Source: an uncultured delta proteobacterium
GTDB taxonomy: Bacteria > Myxococcota > Myxococcia > Myxococcales > Myxococcaceae
NCBI GenBank assembly: GCA_963771175.1
Contig: CAVYSY010000030.1
Coordinates: 230,678 to 294,677 of the forward strand
Direction of reading: 5' to 3'
Length of the DNA stretch: 64,000 nt
Under the pieces are notes generated by a model. The model searched no databases. It worked only from the letters and a program-made list of their open reading frames with translations, and was not told the origin of the DNA. The first letter of the stretch is position 1. Each line of letters starts with the position of its first letter. Shown here piece after piece: positions 60,307 to 64,000 of the stretch. Made by a program: the position numbers and the translations under genes.

Positions 60307-61554
60307 CTACACCACGGGTTTCCTTCGGAGCCGGGACAGGTGCTCCTCGCCGTTTTGAGCGAAGCGCCGCGCCAGCTCGGCTTGTCCTTCCGCGCCGTGC
60401 TCCGACAGGTACGCCAGCTCCGCGGGCAGCAGCGCCTTGACGGTGACGAGCCGCACGTCTCCGAACGGGGTGGAGAAGTGCCTCGGCAGCGTGCGGGACT
60501 CCACGCCCAGCAGCACCGCCACCCGGCCCTCGTCGGTGACGAGGGACTTGGGCATGCCCTTGCCGGACACCTCCATGGAGAAGAGGCCCGCCTTCACCCC
60601 CTCGCGCACGTGCTCGTGCTCGGCCACTTCTTCCGCCACGCGATCCAACAGCAGCAGGGGCCAGCCCTTCGAGATGTCCTTCACGGCCGCGTCCACCTCC
60701 AGGGCGAGCTCCAGGCCGAAGCCCACGGAGGGCTCCAGGCGCTCGATGAAGGGGTCCGAGAGTCCGTGCGTGACGAGCAGGGTGCGCCCGGCCTCGCGAC
60801 GGATGACGCGCCAGAGCTGCCGCTGGCCCGGCCACGAGCCGCTCATGGCGATGGGCATGAAGACCTCTTCGTCCAGCGAGCCCAGGGTGCGCCAGGCCGT
60901 TTCACGAGCGCTGTCCGCCGTCTCCAGTAGCTCGCGGCTCTTGCGGTCCCGCTCGCGCTCCTCCGCGCTGACGGTGCTCGGGCCGGTGACCTCCGTGAAC
61001 TTCGCCCCCGTGGCGCCCATGCGCTCCAGAGCCTCCTTGATGGCCTCCGAGACGATGAGCACCACGTCCCACCCCCAGGGGCGGAAGACCTTGGCATCGC
61101 CCACCTTCGAGGGATCGATGCGCATGCCGTATACCGCCCGGTATCTGCCCGTCTTCTCCGGACGATCATCCTCCGGCTTCCAGTACCGCACCTCCGCGGA
61201 AGCCTCGTCGTCGATGCACTTCACGATGCGCGTACAGACGAGGATGTAGAATGGCTCGGGGTGTGCTTCGACGTCCACCGGTATGAGCTGCACGTCCCTG
61301 GAGGCCAGCTCCGCGAAGACGGAGGCGACTCTGGCGCTGACGAGGGGGATGCCAATGCCAGCCTCTGTGAAATCCAGCTCCGTTCCATCTCCTCCGCGTA
61401 TTGGGATTCTGAGCCGCGCCTCTCCAGTGACCGGTGCCCCCTTCGTGAACGCATAGTCGTCCACCTTCTGGCCCTGCGCGTCAGTCGGGGTGCCCAGGTC
61501 CCAGCGGCCGGGGAGGTAGACGTCGTCGGTCAGGTCAAAGTACCGGTTCGGCAT
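60307..61554 (-). CDS. Immunity protein: Imm11/DUF1629 fused to SUFU-like domain
   Basis: N-half YFDL.DD...RW.L, CIDDEAS, IDPSKV, IVSEAIKEAL..G.KF.EV; C-half VTHGLSD..GFGLEL...WP...V.L. Confidence 0.75.
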   Translation of the reverse strand: MPNRYFDLTDDVYLPGRWDLGTPTDAQGQKVDDYAFTKGAPVTGEARLRIPIRGGDGTELDFTEAGIGIPLVSARVASVFAELASRDVQLIPVDVEAHPEPFYILVCTRIVKCIDDEASAEVRYWKPEDDRPEKTGRYRAVYGMRIDPSKVGDAKVFRPWGWDVVLIVSEAIKEALERMGATGAKFTEVTGPSTVSAEERERDRKSRELLETADSARETAWRTLGSLDEEVFMPIAMSGSWPGQRQLWRVIRREAGRTLLVTHGLSDPFIERLEPSVGFGLELALEVDAAVKDISKGWPLLLLDRVAEEVAEHEHVREGVKAGLFSMEVSGKGMPKSLVTDEGRVAVLLGVESRTLPRHFSTPFGDVRLVTVKALLPAELAYLSEHGAEGQAELARRFAQNGEEHLSRLRRKPVV

Positions 61555-61563
61555 GACACGGTC

Positions 61564-63061
61564 TTAACGCGGAGCGCCCGCGGAGAGGAGCCTGTAGAGC
61601 TTGGAACTCTTATCGGTGAGTTCCTGTGCCATCTGTCGGAGTTCAGCGACCAGGGCGTTTCGACAGTCCAGGGTGCTCCGGCATGTTGTCGCTGCGTTGC
61701 GCAGCCGTCTGTAGACCTCCTCATGGTACGCCTGTGGATGAGGCCCCTTGTGCCCGGCGAGTTGGACTTTGTTGGCCGGGTCCTCCATCGACATGCCTGC
61801 CTTGTCGAAGATTTCCTTGAAGCGTTGCGTCCAGGGCCCGCCGCGCGCGGTGGACTTGTCGTTCTCGATGGTGGCGATGTGGTGCACGTCCGGCTTCTTC
61901 CTTGCCGGCGGGGTAGCGCGTGCCACATGGCTCTGTGCCGCCATGCTCAAGACGTTGGCGGGAAGGATGACGCTGAAGGTGCCCTCGGCCACCGCGACCT
62001 TCACCTTGTCCGCTTGCTGCACGGCGGTGAGCACGTCGCTGATGCCGGCATGGGATTCGAGCGCACCGGCGGCCTTGGCGAAACCCGGTAGCTTCGGGGC
62101 GTTGGACACGAGCGCCGCCGTCTCGCCCACCGCCGCCGTGCCCAGCAGGAGGAGAATCCGCATGCTGTTGGGCCCGATGACCTTGCCGAAGCGGTCGCCC
62201 GCCTCGCGCAGCTCCGCGAACGTGGTGGCCTCCGCTGCCTCCTCCCAGAGCTGGAAGTAGGCGCGCACCAGGTCGAAGAGCTCCCAGCCCAGGTAGCCCC
62301 ACATGAGCAGGGCGAGTACGCCAGCCACGCCTTTAGAGACGGGCTCGGGTGCCGCGACCAAGGCCATGTACCCAATGAGGGTGAGGCTCACCGTCGTCCA
62401 GAGCTGCGTCGTGGAGAACATGCCGCGCAGCTCCGCGTCCAGGGACTCCAGCGCCGCGTTCACGGAGAGCGCCAGGGCGAGGTCGCGCTTGTCCTCGCCA
62501 TCCAGGCCCGGCCCGTCCTTGAACAACTCCGAGACAGTCGCCCGGCGTGCCTTGCCGCTCGCAGAAGCTCCCGTAGGACCGCGCCAAGGGCGTGCGCCAC
62601 TCCTCGCCCGTGAGCGGGACGGAGGCCAGCGCCAGCATCCGGTGGAGGTAGAGCGGGAAATGGGAGCCGGCCACCCGCAGCGGCATGTTCAGCACCAGGG
62701 TGGACGAGGGCTTCGTCGAGCTCGAAGTCGCTCACCTGCACGGCCCCGAATCGGGTGGGCAGGGAGAGGCGAATCAGCTTAGTCCGCGGCCTCGCCCTCC
62801 TCCGCCTCCTCGGCTTCCGATTCAGCCGTGGGAGGCCGGGCGTCCTCGTGGAAACGGGGTGTCGGTGGCCGGTAGGGCGACCCCGTCAGCAGGCCGCCCC
62901 GAGGCGCCCACGAAGCGCACGCGGCGTGGAGCACGAGGACGACGACGGCCCACACACCCAACCAGGGGCGCTGCCGCGCACCTGCTGGGCGCGGACCAAC
63001 GAGACGGGTGGACAAGCAGCACCTCCCCAGCAAGCGACGCGGATCGCCAAGTGCGCTCCAT
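61564..63061 (-). CDS. Polymorphic lipoprotein toxin with AHH nuclease tip (frameshifted; start approximate)
   Basis: Lipobox-like LHAAC; GDCL, PEPVSKG delivery region; VHHIAT...GGPWT.RF..IF.KAGM...NKV...HKGPHP..YH. Confidence 0.8.
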
Positions 63062-63103
63062 GGATTCTGCCAGGGCACCCGAGGTGATTCTTTGGAGCAA
63101 TGC

Positions 63104-63173
63104 ACCTCACTTCTGGACGTCCAGAAGTGAGGTAGGTGGATGTGTGATGCTTCTGGACGTCCAGAAGTGAGGT
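63104..63173. repeat. Second doublet of the CTTCTGGACGTCCAGAAG palindrome
   Basis: 30-bp palindrome ACCTCACTTCTGGACGTCCAGAAGTGAGGT at 63104-63133; 18-bp core at 63150-63167 followed by TGAGGT. Confidence 0.95.
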
Positions 63174-63231
63174 CCACGAAGGCAGCTCGCATGCACCAGG
63201 GCCCGCGCGGAGCGGACACCCCTGCGAAGGC

Positions 63232-64000
63232 TCACCGTCGGTGCATCAATCGAGGAAGCGTCTCCACCAGCGATGCAGTTCTTCCTCGTCGCCAGCTTGC
63301 TCGGCGCAGGAATCCCGGGTCAAATGGCTCCAACCATGGCTCGAGCACCTGAGCAAGCTCGCGGTACTCAGGGAGCGTCTGTCCCAGGAGCAAGTCCCCC
63401 GCTTCGGGCTGCGGGCGCAGCGTCACGACGGCGCGCTCCCCCTCCAGTTCCTGGACGGGGGTAGTGGGAAGCTGAAGCCGAGCACGAAGGCCGGCGGTTC
63501 CACCCAACCTGCCGAGCACCGGCTGTCCGAGGAAGTTCAGCCAATGCACCCCATCAACCTGGGCGCCCATGAAGTCATGGATGGTGGCGTTGCGCAGGTC
63601 GAAGCCGGGATAGCGGGTCATCAGCGCTCGCAAGGCTGCGGGGCGGTCCGCGCACACGGGTGCGACGTCCAGTGCGAGTCCAGCATGGCCCGAGGCGAAG
63701 GGGAGTCGGGAAGCCATGTCGAGGGCCAACTCACGCACGAAACCTGACCCCCGCTCCTCCAAGAACTCCGTCGGCAGCGTAACGCTGAGGACACTGACGT
63801 AGTCGGGAGGCGCTTCGCGGAAGGGGAGGCGGGCACGGTAGTCGAAGCAGTAGCCGGCCTCCCGTCGCCGTAGATGGCGAAATACGGACTCGCACCCTCC
63901 TTCTCCGCATGACGAGCCTTGTCCTTGGGGTAGTCCTCGAAGAACGTGCGCTCATTCGGGCTCAAGGTGGCTCGAATGAGCTCCCACCCTCGCTCACCCA
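63232..64000 (-). CDS. DUF3396 (TsiV-like) immunity protein, 5'-truncated by window, frameshifted
   Basis: LPFASGHAGLA, RYPGFD, VDGVHWLNFLG, PEAGD....LPEYRELA..LEPW. Confidence 0.8.

Overview
GC-rich myxobacterial chromosome segment. The Myxococcales assignment is inferred from three DUF2378/TIGR02265 genes, a MYXO-CTERM motif, three Ser/Thr kinases and Sit-like lipoprotein toxins. Many genes are split by single-base frameshifts, clustered at about 13.5-14.6, 29.9-31.1, 43-46.6 and 52.8-54.7 kb; these look like long-read indel errors rather than real pseudogenes. The housekeeping backbone includes an FAH-family gene with maiA, ygfZ, VKOR/DsbA, SUI1, an IDH/IPMDH-family dehydrogenase, ppx, clsB, queF, gltBD and a SWIM-SNF2 helicase. 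Accessory content: two polymorphic lipoprotein toxin-immunity cassettes with homologous delivery domains and different nuclease tips (Tox-REase-5/Imm52; AHH/Imm11-SUFU fusion), an edge-truncated DUF3396 immunity gene, and a 14-Kelch surface protein that reads through its MYXO-CTERM into a second signal peptide plus TPR/beta-barrel module. The most striking non-coding signal is the perfect palindrome CACTTCTGGACGTCCAGAAGTG, present as doublets at about 33.0 and 63.1 kb, each at a junction with accessory DNA; the first lies beside what appears to be a collapsed ppk1 remnant. Other deletion remnants (aldo/keto reductase, queA, a possible orphan toxin tip) and candidate operators (LacI/cre-like cluster, DUF2239 repeats, gltB inverted repeat) are also present. 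No rRNA, tRNA, CRISPR array, transposase or integrase was recognised. All family calls are by motif recognition, with no database search.
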